Shown: positions 1 through 9,409 of the stretch, in pieces | Numbering within the stretch: position 1 is the stretch's first letter | Layout of the letters: each line of letters opens with the position of its first letter | Assembly: GCA_046565905.1 (NCBI GenBank) | Contig: JBKHXR010000048.1 | Coordinates: forward strand, 7,236 to 71,235 | DNA: 64,000 bases | Direction of reading: 5' to 3' | DNA from: Thermoleophilia bacterium | GTDB taxonomy: Bacteria; Actinomycetota; Thermoleophilia; Solirubrobacterales; Solirubrobacteraceae | Notes under the pieces: model-generated | The model's database searches: none | Told to the model about the DNA's origin: nothing | What the model saw: the letters and a program-made list of their open reading frames with translations, nothing else | Made by a program: the position numbers and the translations under genes

Positions 1-2
1 GC

Positions 3-353
3 CTGACGTTGAAGGACCAGGCGATCGCCGACGAGGCGCTGCCCGGCATGCCCGAGCCCTACCGGCGGTTGGACACCGCCGTGCTCGAGGCGCTCGTGCT
101 GAAGGGGCCCCTGCAGCTCAGCGAGGACGACATCTCGCACCTGCGCGGCCTCGGCTACGCGCGCTCCTTCGAGGAGGCGCGCGAGCTCGTCGAATCGGGC
201 ACGTACGACGCCGGCTTCTTCCTGCGCGGCATCCCCGTGGCGCAGATCCGGGAGATCGCCGCGGCAGGCGTCAACATGCCCCCGAAGTCGACCTACTTCT
301 TCCCGAAGGTCCCGACCGGACTGCTGTTCAATCCGCTCGCCGACCCGGAGTAG
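3..353 (+). CDS. DUF1015 family protein, C-terminal fragment (5' end upstream of window)
   Basis: The frame is open from the window edge. The C-terminal motif NMPPKSTYFFPKVPTGLLFNPL is typical of DUF1015 proteins. Confidence 0.6.
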   Translation: MTLKDQAIADEALPGMPEPYRRLDTAVLEALVLKGPLQLSEDDISHLRGLGYARSFEEARELVESGTYDAGFFLRGIPVAQIREIAAAGVNMPPKSTYFFPKVPTGLLFNPLADPE

Positions 354-363
354 CATCTTCGTC

Positions 364-768
364 ATGCATGCATCAGCCCAGCGCATCAGTGGATACCGGC
401 ACGTCGTCAAGGTCCGCCAGCACCGGCTGAACAGCGACGAGCCGCAGGACGCCGGGGGCGACGACGCCGCCCCCTGCCCCCAGGAGCTGCTGGCGGCGAG
501 CCTCGCCTCCTGCACCGCCACGACGATGGAGATGTACGCGGCCCGCAAGGGCTGGGATCTGCGCGACGTGGAGGTCGAGTGCGACTACACCCCCGCCGAG
601 CGCGGCTGCCCGACGAAGTTCACGCTGACGCTGCGCCTTCCGTCGGATCTCACCGACGAGCAGGTCCAGCGCCTGAAGGTCATCGCGACGAAGTGCCCGG
701 TGCACCGCACGCTCGACGGCGAGGTCATGTTCGACGAGCGTGTCGAGCGCACCCAGCTCGCTGCCTGA
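364..768 (+). CDS. OsmC/Ohr family peroxiredoxin-like protein
   Basis: 134-aa ORF with ATG start. It has the OsmC-like paired Cys context (SLASCTATT ... TKCPVHRTL). Confidence 0.75.
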   Translation: MHASAQRISGYRHVVKVRQHRLNSDEPQDAGGDDAAPCPQELLAASLASCTATTMEMYAARKGWDLRDVEVECDYTPAERGCPTKFTLTLRLPSDLTDEQVQRLKVIATKCPVHRTLDGEVMFDERVERTQLAA

Positions 769-1339
769 CGCGCTGCGCGCGGTCCTGCTGGACCCCGTCG
801 CGGCCAGCGCCGTGGAGGTGCACGGCCGCACGAAGGCGGCCGTGCTCGTCGCGTTGTACGTCGACGACGGCGAACTGCACGCCGTCTTCACGCGCCGCCG
901 CCACGACCTGCGCCGTCACGCCGGCGAGATCTCCTTCCCCGGCGGCCGGCGCGACCCGGAGGACGAGAGCCTGCTGCACACCGCGCTGCGCGAGACCGAG
1001 GAGGAGATCGGCCTGCCGCCCGATGCCGTCCGCATCCTCGGTGCCCTGCCGCCGACGCCGACGGTCGCCACGAACTACGGCGTCTATCCGTTCGTCGGCC
1101 TGATCGAGCCCGGCTACGCCTGGACGCTGTCGGCGTGGGAGGTCGACGAGGTCCTCGAGCTGCCCCTGAGCCGGCTGCGCGCGGCCCGCACCCGCCGCCG
1201 GCTGCTGCATCGCGGGATCCCGTTTCGCAGCGACGTCTACGACGTCAGCTCGCAGGCGGTGATCTGGGGGGCCACCGCGCGAATCGTCGGCGATCTGCTC
1301 GGCCGGGTCGATCCCGTGCTCGACGGCGCGAGCCCCTGA
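740..1339 (+). CDS. Nudix hydrolase, CoA pyrophosphatase-like
   Basis: Nudix box GGRRDPEDESLLHTALRETEEEIG. The GTG start of the longest ORF overlaps the OsmC gene by 29 nt, so the true start may be further downstream. Confidence 0.75.
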   Translation: MSSAPSSLPDALRAVLLDPVAASAVEVHGRTKAAVLVALYVDDGELHAVFTRRRHDLRRHAGEISFPGGRRDPEDESLLHTALRETEEEIGLPPDAVRILGALPPTPTVATNYGVYPFVGLIEPGYAWTLSAWEVDEVLELPLSRLRAARTRRRLLHRGIPFRSDVYDVSSQAVIWGATARIVGDLLGRVDPVLDGASP

Positions 1340-1345
1340 CCGGCC

Positions 1346-1957
1346 ATGCCGACGCAGCGCGAGCAGCTTCTCGACGGCCTGCGTTCGCGGATCTCCGATC
1401 AGCGCGTGATCGAGGCCGTCGCCGCGGTACCGCGCGAGCTGTTCGTCGCGCCGGCCCTGGAGCGCTTCGCCTACGCCGATCGCCCGTTGCCGATCGGCGG
1501 CGGGCAGACGATCTCGCAGCCGTCGCTCGTCGCGCGGATGTGTGAGCTGCTCGAGCTCGGCGAGGACGACGTCGTGCTCGACGTCGGGTCCGGCTCGGGC
1601 TATCACGCGGCGCTGCTGTCGCGCCTGTGCCGCCACGTCTTCGGCGTGGAGCTGGACGGCGACCTCGCGGCACAGGCCGCCCGCTCACTCGAGCTCGCCG
1701 GGATCGAGAACGTGACGATCATCGCCGGCGACGGCAGCGCGGGCGTGCCCGAGCGGGCGCCGTTCGATGCGATCAACGTCGCCGCGACCGCGAGTGGCGG
1801 CGTCCCGGCCACGCTCGAGCAGCAGCTCGCCGTCGGCGGCAGACTGATCGCACCCGTCGACGACGACGGCGACGAGCGCCTCGTCCTCGTGCGCCGGACG
1901 CGCGCGGGCTTCGAGCGAACGCCGCTGGATTGCGTGCGGTTCGTGCCGCTGCTGTGA
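1346..1957 (+). CDS. pcm: protein-L-isoaspartate O-methyltransferase
   Basis: QTISQPSLVARM and the SAM-binding motif VLDVGSGSGYHAA are present. Length is 203 aa. Confidence 0.85.
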   Translation: MPTQREQLLDGLRSRISDQRVIEAVAAVPRELFVAPALERFAYADRPLPIGGGQTISQPSLVARMCELLELGEDDVVLDVGSGSGYHAALLSRLCRHVFGVELDGDLAAQAARSLELAGIENVTIIAGDGSAGVPERAPFDAINVAATASGGVPATLEQQLAVGGRLIAPVDDDGDERLVLVRRTRAGFERTPLDCVRFVPLL

Positions 1958-2036
1958 CCGGCGACCGACCTTTGCCCGTCCGAACCTCGACCTTTGTCGG
2001 GCGACAGCCGTCCACGCCGAGAACAAGACTCCTGCC

Positions 2037-2549
2037 ATGCAGTCGAGCGATCGTTTCGATGCAGGGCCGCAGGTCGGAGGCGGCGGCGCGCGTTCGCTGG
2101 CGCCGGTCATCCGGCTGCGCCCGATCCGCACGACGGTCATCAGCCCCGACATCGCCTACCGCGAGCGGGCATGGAGGGTGCTGTCCGGTCTGGGCGACGT
2201 CTCGTTCGCCGTCACCGCGCTGACCGAGCCCGGCGACATCGCGGGCCTGCTCCGCGCCGACCCCGCCGACGTCGTCCTGCTCGACGCGACCGACAGCGAG
2301 TCGGCGGCGTGGGAGGTCATCGCGACGCTCGCGAGGACGGCGCCGCGCACGGGCGTCGTCGTCGTCTGCCACCACTGCACGGAGGCGGCGCGGGAGCTGC
2401 GCGCGCTGCCGAAGTGGGGCTGGACGCAGGATCTGCGGGCCGGCGTCGAGAACGCCTACCGCGAGGGCAACCCGCTGTCGCCCGCGCTCGGATCGCTGCG
2501 GCGCCGCTCGCCCTGGCAGCGGATGGCGCCGCTGCTGCGCCGCGACTGA
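2037..2549 (+). CDS. hypothetical protein with receiver (CheY)-like core
   Basis: The segment ADVVLLDATDSESAAWEVIATLARTAPRTGVVVVC..LPKWG resembles receiver strands beta3-beta5, but the N-terminal acidic pair is absent. There is no output domain and the start is uncertain. Confidence 0.4.
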   Translation: MQSSDRFDAGPQVGGGGARSLAPVIRLRPIRTTVISPDIAYRERAWRVLSGLGDVSFAVTALTEPGDIAGLLRADPADVVLLDATDSESAAWEVIATLARTAPRTGVVVVCHHCTEAARELRALPKWGWTQDLRAGVENAYREGNPLSPALGSLRRRSPWQRMAPLLRRD

Positions 2550-2588
2550 GCCTTGATCGAGGCTGAGGAGCGCTTCCGCCGCGAGGGC

Positions 2589-3077
2589 TCAGCCGCCGAG
2601 CAGCCGGTCGATCGCGGCGCGCGCCGCGTCGACCCAGGCGGCCGGATCGCCGGGGTCGGCGTCGACGAGCGCACAGGGGATCTCGTTGAGCTCGCACGTG
2701 CGCCGCAGCTCCGCGACGCCGGCCGCGAGCGTCGCGGCGGCGATCGTTCCCGCCGACTCGTAGACGATGCCGCGGACGGTCGTGTCGATCGTCTTGGAGA
2801 GCATCATGTGCAGGCGCGGGCCGTGCAGCGCGGCGACGTCCTGCGCCGTGCCGGTCGCCGTGCCCAGCGCCCAGACGAGGATCGTCACGTTCTCCAGTGC
2901 GTAGCGCAGCGTGCCGACGACATCTGGATCGCCGATCCAGCACTCCGCGCCGATCTGCTCGATCCGCGCGCGGTTGGCCTCGTGGCGCGTGACGGCGCGG
3001 ACCGCGTGCCCGTCGGCGACGAGGGTCTCGGCAAGCCGCAGGCCGCGGCAGCCGCCGCCGATCAGGAGCACGCGCAT
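2589..3077 (-). CDS. small NAD(P)-binding Rossmann-fold protein
   Basis: N-terminal MRVLLIGGGCRGLRLAETLVADGHAV (GxGxxG followed by an acidic residue). Length is 162 aa. Confidence 0.55.
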   Translation of the reverse strand: MRVLLIGGGCRGLRLAETLVADGHAVRAVTRHEANRARIEQIGAECWIGDPDVVGTLRYALENVTILVWALGTATGTAQDVAALHGPRLHMMLSKTIDTTVRGIVYESAGTIAAATLAAGVAELRRTCELNEIPCALVDADPGDPAAWVDAARAAIDRLLGG

Positions 3078-3106
3078 CGGGGCGCACGCTAGCGTCCGCT
3101 GACGCG

Positions 3107-4267
3107 ATGGACTTCGACCTCTCCGACGAGCAGCAGCTGATCCGCGAGACGGCGCGCGCCTTCACCGACCGCGAGGTCGTCTCGCGCGCGCGGGAGAACG
3201 CCCGCAACGAGCACTTCGACCGTGAGCTCGTGGCCCTGCTCGCCGAGCAGGGCTACCTCGGCGCGATCGTCCCGCGCGCGTACGGCGGCGCCGGCCTGGA
3301 CCACGTCACCTACGGGCTGATCGTCGAGGAGATCGGACGCGGCGACAGCGCGATGCGGACGGTCATCTCGGTGCAGACCTCGCTCGTCTGCAGCTCGATC
3401 CTCGCCTGGGGCAGCGAGCAGCAGAAGGCGACGTACCTGCCGCGGCTGTGCTCGGGAGAGTGGCTGGGCTGCTTCGCGCTGACCGAGCCGGAGGCCGGCT
3501 CGGACGCTGCGAACCAGCGCACGCGGGCGACGAAGGTCGACGGCGGCTGGGAGCTCGACGGCTCGAAGATGTGGATCTCGCTCGGCAACCACGCCCGCGT
3601 CGCGCTCGTCTTCGCGCAGACCGACCCCGCGCTCGCCCACCGCGGACTGGCCTGCTTTCTCGTCGACACCGGAAGCGACGGCTTCACCAGCCAGGCGATC
3701 CGTCACAAGATGGGCCTGCACGGCTCCGACACCGCGTCGATCTCGCTGGACGGCGTGCGCGTGCCCGACGACGCGCTGCTGGGCGACGTCGGCCAGGGCT
3801 TCAAGATCGCGATGAGCGCGCTGGACTCCGGGCGCTACTCCGTGGCGGCGGGCTGCGTCGGGATCTGCCAGGGCTGCGTCGAGGAGTCTGTCGCGTACGC
3901 GACGCAGCGCCGCCAGTTCGGCCGCCCGATCGCGAGCTTCCAGCTCGTCCAGGCGATGCTCGCGGAGATGCGCGTCCGCACCGATGCCGCGCGGCTGCTC
4001 GTCTGGCGCGCCGGCGCGCTGCGCGACCAGGACCGTCCCTGCACGACCGAGATCTCGATCGCCAAGCTCTACGCCAGCGAAGCCGCGCAGTGGTGCGCCA
4101 ACGAGGCGATCCAGGTGCACGGCGGGGCCGGCTACGTCGACGACCATCCCGTCGAGCGGTGGTTTCGCGACGTGCGCGTCACGACGCTCTACGAGGGGAC
4201 GTCGCAGATCCAGAAACTGATCATCGGCCGCGCGCTGACCGGCATCAACGCGCTCGTCGCCGACTAG
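3107..4267 (+). CDS. acyl-CoA dehydrogenase
   Basis: 386 aa with a full ACAD layout, including GCFALTEPEAGSD and the C-terminal YEGTSQIQKLIIGR. Confidence 0.85.
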   Translation: MDFDLSDEQQLIRETARAFTDREVVSRARENARNEHFDRELVALLAEQGYLGAIVPRAYGGAGLDHVTYGLIVEEIGRGDSAMRTVISVQTSLVCSSILAWGSEQQKATYLPRLCSGEWLGCFALTEPEAGSDAANQRTRATKVDGGWELDGSKMWISLGNHARVALVFAQTDPALAHRGLACFLVDTGSDGFTSQAIRHKMGLHGSDTASISLDGVRVPDDALLGDVGQGFKIAMSALDSGRYSVAAGCVGICQGCVEESVAYATQRRQFGRPIASFQLVQAMLAEMRVRTDAARLLVWRAGALRDQDRPCTTEISIAKLYASEAAQWCANEAIQVHGGAGYVDDHPVERWFRDVRVTTLYEGTSQIQKLIIGRALTGINALVAD

Positions 4268-4353
4268 CAGCGATCGTGGGCGTCGTCGGAGGTCGGGGTG
4301 GTCCAGCCGTCGGTCGGACCTCACGGATCGGCACCGGCCAGCGTTCTATCCCC

Positions 4354-4857
4354 GTGCCGAACGCCACTGCGCGACCGACCCATCTGCCCCCGTTCCAGCG
4401 CTTCCTCGACGCGCATCGCGACGACGTGCTGCGCTACCTGATCGCCACGCTGGGCCGCCACGACGCCGACGACGCCTTCCAGGAGACCTTCCTGTCGGCG
4501 CTGCGCGCCTACCCGCGGCTGCGGCCCGGCAGCAACCTGCGCGGCTGGGTGCTGACGATCGCGCATCGCAAGGCGCTCGACGTCTACCGCGCGCGCGGGC
4601 GCAACCCGATGCCCGTCGCGGAGATCGCCGACCGTCCGGCGCCGGCGGCGGAGTCCGACGAGCCCGACCACTGGGAGCGCGTGCGCGCGCTCCCCGCCCG
4701 GCAGCGCGAGGTGCTGACGCTGCGCTACGCCGCCGACCTGACGCACGCGGAGATCGCCGCCGCGCTCGGCTGCAGCGAGGCGGCCGCGCGCCGCGCGGCC
4801 GCCGACGGCCTGAAGACCCTGCGAGAGGAGCTGCGAGATGTCCCTGCCACCGCCTGA
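4354..4857 (+). CDS. ECF-type RNA polymerase sigma-70 family factor
   Basis: Sigma-2 region (DDAFQETFLSALRAY..RGWVLTIAHRKALDVYR) and sigma-4 region (QREVLTLRYAADLTHAEIAAALGCSEAAARRAAADGL). The start is set at in-frame GTG 4354. The upstream part of ORF 3448..4857 is Arg/Pro-rich noise overlapping the acyl-CoA dehydrogenase gene. Confidence 0.8.
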   Translation: MPNATARPTHLPPFQRFLDAHRDDVLRYLIATLGRHDADDAFQETFLSALRAYPRLRPGSNLRGWVLTIAHRKALDVYRARGRNPMPVAEIADRPAPAAESDEPDHWERVRALPARQREVLTLRYAADLTHAEIAAALGCSEAAARRAAADGLKTLREELRDVPATA

Positions 4858-5443
4858 GCTTCACCCCGGTGAGGCCGCCGCGCTCGCCGCACGGACGGCC
4901 GCCCGCGCCGCGGCCGACGCGGTCGCGCCGATCGCCTACGCGCACGTCGACAGCCCGGCCGGGCGGCTGGTCGCCGTCGCCACCCCGCGGGGGCTCGCTC
5001 GAATCGCCTACGAGGTCGAGAACGGCGGCCTGGACGGCATCCTCGACGACATCGCGTCGCGGCTCTCGCCGGCGATCGTCGAGGCCCCGGCGCGGCTGGA
5101 TCGCGTCCGGCGCGAGCTCGAGGAGTACTTCGCCGGCCGCCGCCGGGAGTTCGACGTCGCGCTGGACTGGTCGCTGACCGCCCCCGGCTTTCGGCGGCGC
5201 GTGCTGCAGGAGTGCGCGCGGATCCCGTTCGGCGCCACCAGCACGTACAAGCAGATGGCCGTCGCCGCCGGCTCGCCGCGCGCGTTTCGCGCCGCCGGGG
5301 GCGCGCTGGGCTCCAACCCGATTCCGATCGTCGTGCCGTGCCACCGGGTGCTGTCAAGCGGCGGCGGCCTCGGCGGCTACACGGGCGGCGTGGAGCGCAA
5401 GCGCCTGCTGCTGTCGATCGAAGCACCTAGTCTCTTCGCATGA
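4838..5443 (+). CDS. ogt: methylated-DNA--protein-cysteine methyltransferase
   Basis: Active site IVVPCHRVL. SD GAGAGGAG lies 8 nt upstream of the ATG. The start lies 20 nt inside the sigma factor gene. Confidence 0.85.
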   Translation: MSLPPPELHPGEAAALAARTAARAAADAVAPIAYAHVDSPAGRLVAVATPRGLARIAYEVENGGLDGILDDIASRLSPAIVEAPARLDRVRRELEEYFAGRRREFDVALDWSLTAPGFRRRVLQECARIPFGATSTYKQMAVAAGSPRAFRAAGGALGSNPIPIVVPCHRVLSSGGGLGGYTGGVERKRLLLSIEAPSLFA

Positions 5444-6054
5444 CCGTCGACCCGAACCAGCACGACGTCTTCGTCCTGCGCCAGAAGATCAAGCTCGTCA
5501 TCAACCAGTACGAGTTCTTCCTGCCCGACGGCGACGAGCCGGGGGAGCCGATCTGCTTCGTCGAGCAGAAGCGCTTCAAGTTCAAGGAGGACATCCGCTT
5601 CTACCTGGACTCCGCGAAGACGACGGAGCTGCTGCGGATCAAGGCCCGCCAGCGCTTCGATCCGCGCGCGACATACGACATCACCGACGAGGCGGGCAAC
5701 AAGATCGGCGAGATCCAGAAGGTCTTCGGAGCCAGCCTGCTGCGCTCGACGTTCCGCATCAACGACGCCAGCGGCCAGGAGCTGTTCATCTCGACGGAGA
5801 AGAACATGTGGGTGGCGCTCGTCCGGCGTGCCGTCGGGTTCATCCCGTACGTCGAGAACGTGGCCAACTGGCTGCCGATCCCCTACCACTTCGTCTTCAA
5901 GCGCGGCGACGAGATCCTCGGCGAGAACAGGCGCCAGATCGGCAAGCTGCGCGACATCTACACGATCGACATGACGCCCGACAGCGCGCGCACGATCGAC
6001 CGCCGGCTGGCCCTCGCGCTCGCCGTGGGACAGGACGCGCTGCAGGCTCGATAG
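5440..6054 (+). CDS. phospholipid scramblase / LURP-one-related (Tubby C-terminal-like) family protein
   Basis: 204 aa. By-eye similarity to bacterial DUF567/scramblase family proteins (repeated beta-strand pattern, C-terminal RDIYTIDM...RRLALALAVGQDAL). ATGA overlap with the ogt stop. Confidence 0.55.
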   Translation: MTVDPNQHDVFVLRQKIKLVINQYEFFLPDGDEPGEPICFVEQKRFKFKEDIRFYLDSAKTTELLRIKARQRFDPRATYDITDEAGNKIGEIQKVFGASLLRSTFRINDASGQELFISTEKNMWVALVRRAVGFIPYVENVANWLPIPYHFVFKRGDEILGENRRQIGKLRDIYTIDMTPDSARTIDRRLALALAVGQDALQAR

Positions 6055-6064
6055 CCTGATCGGC

Positions 6065-6328
6065 ATGGACAACGTGCGTTCGGAGGCCTACGGCCGCGTG
6101 ATGAAGACGCTGGCCGAGACGGGTCCCGTCGAGCTGAGCGCCGACGAGCAGCAGACCGTTCGCATGGCCGCCGACGCCCTGCTCTTCGACGGCGACGGCT
6201 ACGACGAGCTCGCCGCCGTCGAGGATCTCGTCCAGCAGCTCGTCGACTCCGATCGCTGGTCGGCCGAGCGCGGCCGCCAGCTCGTCGACGACGTCGCCGC
6301 CTGCGGCCCGTCCGCCGGCGTGCGCTGA
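6065..6328 (+). CDS. small acidic hypothetical protein
   Basis: 87 aa, high GC3, same strand and 10 nt after the preceding gene. No recognisable motif. Confidence 0.45.
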   Translation: MDNVRSEAYGRVMKTLAETGPVELSADEQQTVRMAADALLFDGDGYDELAAVEDLVQQLVDSDRWSAERGRQLVDDVAACGPSAGVR

Positions 6329-6341
6329 GCGAGCGGACCCA

Positions 6342-9221
6342 CTAGCGCTCGCCGTCGGGGATGCCCAGCGCCGCGGGCAGCTCGCGGCGCGACCGCACGT
6401 CGAGCTTGCGGTAGGCGTTGCCGAGGTGCCATTCGACCGCCTTGCGCGTCACGAACAGCGCCTCGGCGATCTGCCGGTTGCTGAGCCCGTCGATCGCCAG
6501 CGCGACGACACGCCGCTCGCTCGGGCTGAGCGCGTCGGCTCCCCGCTGTGCCGCTCGCCGCACCCGCGCGCCGGCGACGGCAAGCTCCTCCAGCGCCCGC
6601 TCCTCGGCCAGCCGAGCGCCGCACGCGCGCGCCAGCTCGAGCGCCTCGCCGAGCGCGCGCCCGGCCTCGGTCCGGCGCCCGGCGCGGCGCAGCACGGTGC
6701 CGAGGTCGAGCTGCGCGAGGCAGTGCTCCATCCGAGCCTCGGAGGCAGCGGCGACCGCGAGTGCCTCCTCGAGCCGCGCGATCGGCAGCTCGAGGTCGCC
6801 GTGCGCCTCGGCGTGGGCCAGCGCCCGTAGGGCGACGGAGATCGCGCGCGGCGCGCCCGACGCGCGCGCGCGCTCGAGCTCGTCGGCGGCGAGAGCCCGC
6901 GCCTCGTCGGTCCGCCCCAGGCTCACGAGCGCGTAGGACGAGGCCGAGCGCCAGGCGGCGGAGCAGCCCGGCCCTTCGATCGCGCCGACGACGTCGCGCC
7001 ACGCGTCGAAGTGTGCGAGCGCGTCGCGCTCGCGGCGCTCGGCGAGCGCCAGGCGCCCGAGCGCCGCGTGCCACGGCGCGAGCGTCGCCCACCCCTGCTC
7101 GGCGGCGGCGGGCTGATAGCGCGACGCGCTCGCGGCCGCGGCCGCGAGCTCGCCACGGTCGAGCAGCAGCCCGACCGCGACGCCGTAGGCACCCGGCAGA
7201 AACTGGCGCCAGCCATAGCGCTCGGCGTCGAGCGCCTGCTCGACGTCCTCCAGCGCCTCGGCGAGCCGGCCCTGCGCCCAGCGCGACGCGCCGCGGCACA
7301 GGCAGGCGGTCGCGAACGCCATCATCGAGCCCTGCGCGCGGGCGTCGGTGAGCGCGTGGGTCAGGATGCGGTCGTTCAGGGCCAGCTCGTCGGCGGACTG
7401 CAGCGCGACGCTGATCGCGAACAGCAGCGTCCCGCCGGACCCCTGCTCGCAGAGGACCGACTCGTCCGCGACCGCCGGCCCGGCGAGCGCGACGACCTCC
7501 TCGCGCGGCGCTCCGCGCAGCGCAGCGTGCATGCAGTGCATCGCCGCCCGCGCGCCGTCGCGCGGGCCCGGGTCGGCCGCGGGCGACGGGTCGGCCGCCG
7601 CGCTCAGCGCCGCGGCGCGGCGGGCCGGGTCGAGCACCGCCAGCACGCCGGCCTCGGCCGATGCCTGCGCCTTGACCTCCGTCTGGGCAAGAGCGCTCGC
7701 GGAGGCCGCTTCGTCGAGCGCGCGCAGGGCGTCGGCGTTGCGCCCGCGTGAAGCCAGCGTCCGGCCGAGGGCGAGCAGGGTCCGTGTCCGATCTTCGTCG
7801 CCGTCGGCGACCGCCAGCGCCTCGTCCAGGCGCTGCACCGCCGTCGGAAGCCCCGTTGCAGCCTCGCTGATGCCGAGCCGGCGCAGCAGCGGGCCGCGGC
7901 CGGCCGGGCGCGGCGGCTCGGCGAGCGCGCGCCGCAGGTAGCTCGCGGCGGACTCGGGGGCGCCACTGGCCAGCGCGCGCTCGGCAGCCTCGCGCAGCAC
8001 GTCGACGACCCAGCCCTCGCCGGTGCCGGTCGTCGGCAGCAGGTGAGCGGCGACGCGCTCGGGCGCGACGTCCTCCTCGCGCAGGATCTCGGCGGCACGC
8101 CGGTGCAGGGCCGCCCGCTCACCGGTGCCCACGTCGGCGTAGACGGCCGAGGCCTGGAGCGGATGCGCGAAGCGCAGCGCAGCGCCGTCGAAGGGGCGCA
8201 GGATGTCCGAGGCGGCGAGCGCATCGGCGGCCGCCGCCACGCGGTCGGGACGGCTGCGCGTCAGCGCCGCGACGTGGCGCAGGTGGGCGTCGTCGCCGAG
8301 CACTGCGACCGCCCGCGCGATCCCGGCCGCGTCGTCGGAGAGCCGCATCAGGCGCACGGCCACGGCGCGCAGTACGGCCTCCGGCGCAAGCGTGCCGATC
8401 CGCAGCGCGTTGAGCGCATCGGGCTCCCAGCCCTCCACCTCGACGGCACGGACGAGCTCGCCGAGCAGGAACGCGTTTCCCTCGGTCATCCGCCAGCACG
8501 CGTCGGCGAACGCCTGCTCGGCCGATGGCAGCGCCGCCATGACGAAGCGCCGCGCGCCGTCGCGCGAAAGCGCTGCCGGACGCAACCGCCGGCTGGAGAC
8601 GTGCGCCGCGATCTGCCCGAGCAGGTCGTCGGGCGCGCCGGGCTCGCCGAGGCGGCGGGCGACGACGATCGAGACCGCCATCTCGTCGAGGCGCTGCAGG
8701 AGGTACAGCACGAGCCTCAGCGACGGGCGATCGGCCCAGTGCGCGTCGTCGATCACGATCAGCACCGGCCCGGTCTCGGCGAGGTTCGTCAGCAGCCAGA
8801 ACAGGCCGTGCATGACCGGGTAGGAGCGGTCCTCGGCCTCGTCTCCCCCCCAACTCGTCGGGCGCTCGAGCAAGGGGCCGGCGAGCGCCGCCGAACCGGC
8901 CAGCAGGCGGTCGTGGATCTCGTCGTCGGCGCCGGCGAGCAGCGGCTCGAAGAGCTGCAGCGCGATCCCGAAGGCGAACTCGCTCTCGAGCTCGGAGGCG
9001 CGGGCGCGCACGACGGTCATCCGCTGTGAGCGCGCCCGCGTAACGGCGGCGTCGAGCAGCGCGGACTTGCCGATCCCCGCATGCCCCTCGACGAGCAGCA
9101 GGCGGCCGGTGGCGGCACGGCCGCAAGCCAGCAGCTCGTCGATCGCCCGCAGCTCCGCCTCGCGTTCGAGGAGATCCTCAGACGCGGGGGTTCCGATGCC
9201 GGCTGGTGCGTGCTTCGTCAA
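6342..9221 (-). CDS. LAL/MalT-like large ATP-binding LuxR-family transcriptional regulator
   Basis: N-terminal Walker A GHAGIGKSALLD, a long TPR-like helical middle region, and a C-terminal LuxR HTH (LSPSERRVVALAIDGLSNRQIAEALFVTRKAVEWHLGNAYRKL). The longest ORF begins with TTG. Confidence 0.85.
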   Translation of the reverse strand: MTKHAPAGIGTPASEDLLEREAELRAIDELLACGRAATGRLLLVEGHAGIGKSALLDAAVTRARSQRMTVVRARASELESEFAFGIALQLFEPLLAGADDEIHDRLLAGSAALAGPLLERPTSWGGDEAEDRSYPVMHGLFWLLTNLAETGPVLIVIDDAHWADRPSLRLVLYLLQRLDEMAVSIVVARRLGEPGAPDDLLGQIAAHVSSRRLRPAALSRDGARRFVMAALPSAEQAFADACWRMTEGNAFLLGELVRAVEVEGWEPDALNALRIGTLAPEAVLRAVAVRLMRLSDDAAGIARAVAVLGDDAHLRHVAALTRSRPDRVAAAADALAASDILRPFDGAALRFAHPLQASAVYADVGTGERAALHRRAAEILREEDVAPERVAAHLLPTTGTGEGWVVDVLREAAERALASGAPESAASYLRRALAEPPRPAGRGPLLRRLGISEAATGLPTAVQRLDEALAVADGDEDRTRTLLALGRTLASRGRNADALRALDEAASASALAQTEVKAQASAEAGVLAVLDPARRAAALSAAADPSPAADPGPRDGARAAMHCMHAALRGAPREEVVALAGPAVADESVLCEQGSGGTLLFAISVALQSADELALNDRILTHALTDARAQGSMMAFATACLCRGASRWAQGRLAEALEDVEQALDAERYGWRQFLPGAYGVAVGLLLDRGELAAAAASASRYQPAAAEQGWATLAPWHAALGRLALAERRERDALAHFDAWRDVVGAIEGPGCSAAWRSASSYALVSLGRTDEARALAADELERARASGAPRAISVALRALAHAEAHGDLELPIARLEEALAVAAASEARMEHCLAQLDLGTVLRRAGRRTEAGRALGEALELARACGARLAEERALEELAVAGARVRRAAQRGADALSPSERRVVALAIDGLSNRQIAEALFVTRKAVEWHLGNAYRKLDVRSRRELPAALGIPDGER

Positions 9222-9367
9222 AAGCCTGGGGAGCTGCCCTAGTGTGCCCGGCCGAGAAAAAGACTAGAAACAGCGTAGCGGTTGACCAGGAGGGTCGAGC
9301 GAAGCGCACGACACGGACGTCGGGCCGAGCGCGAAGCACCGTACGCGGATCTGCATGGAGGCTGAGC

Positions 9368-9392
9368 GACCCGGGACCGGAGGTCCCGGGTC
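9368..9392 (-). terminator. GC-rich hairpin 17 nt downstream of the trxB stop
   Basis: GACCCGGGACC-GGA-GGTCCCGGGTC, a perfect 11-bp stem. There is no clear U-tract, which is common in high-GC actinobacteria. Confidence 0.5.
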
Positions 9393-9409
9393 CGCGTACC
9401 GGCGCGGCC

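Noticed and set aside
4316-4347. ECF-type autoregulatory promoter GGACC ... CGTTCT upstream of the sigma factor gene.
   Set aside because: The spacer between the two elements is 21 nt, whereas ECF promoters typically have about 16-17 nt. The -35 element is also imperfect. CGTTCT would fit a leaderless transcript starting at GTG 4354, but the evidence is too weak to report as a feature.
9222-9300. A/T-enriched stretch (GAGAAAAAGACTAGAAACAGCG) upstream of the LAL regulator, considered as a possible small RNA or terminator T-tract.
   Set aside because: No adjacent stable hairpin precedes the T-run on the minus strand, and there is no conserved structure. It is most likely just the promoter or 5' region of the TTG-initiated regulator gene.
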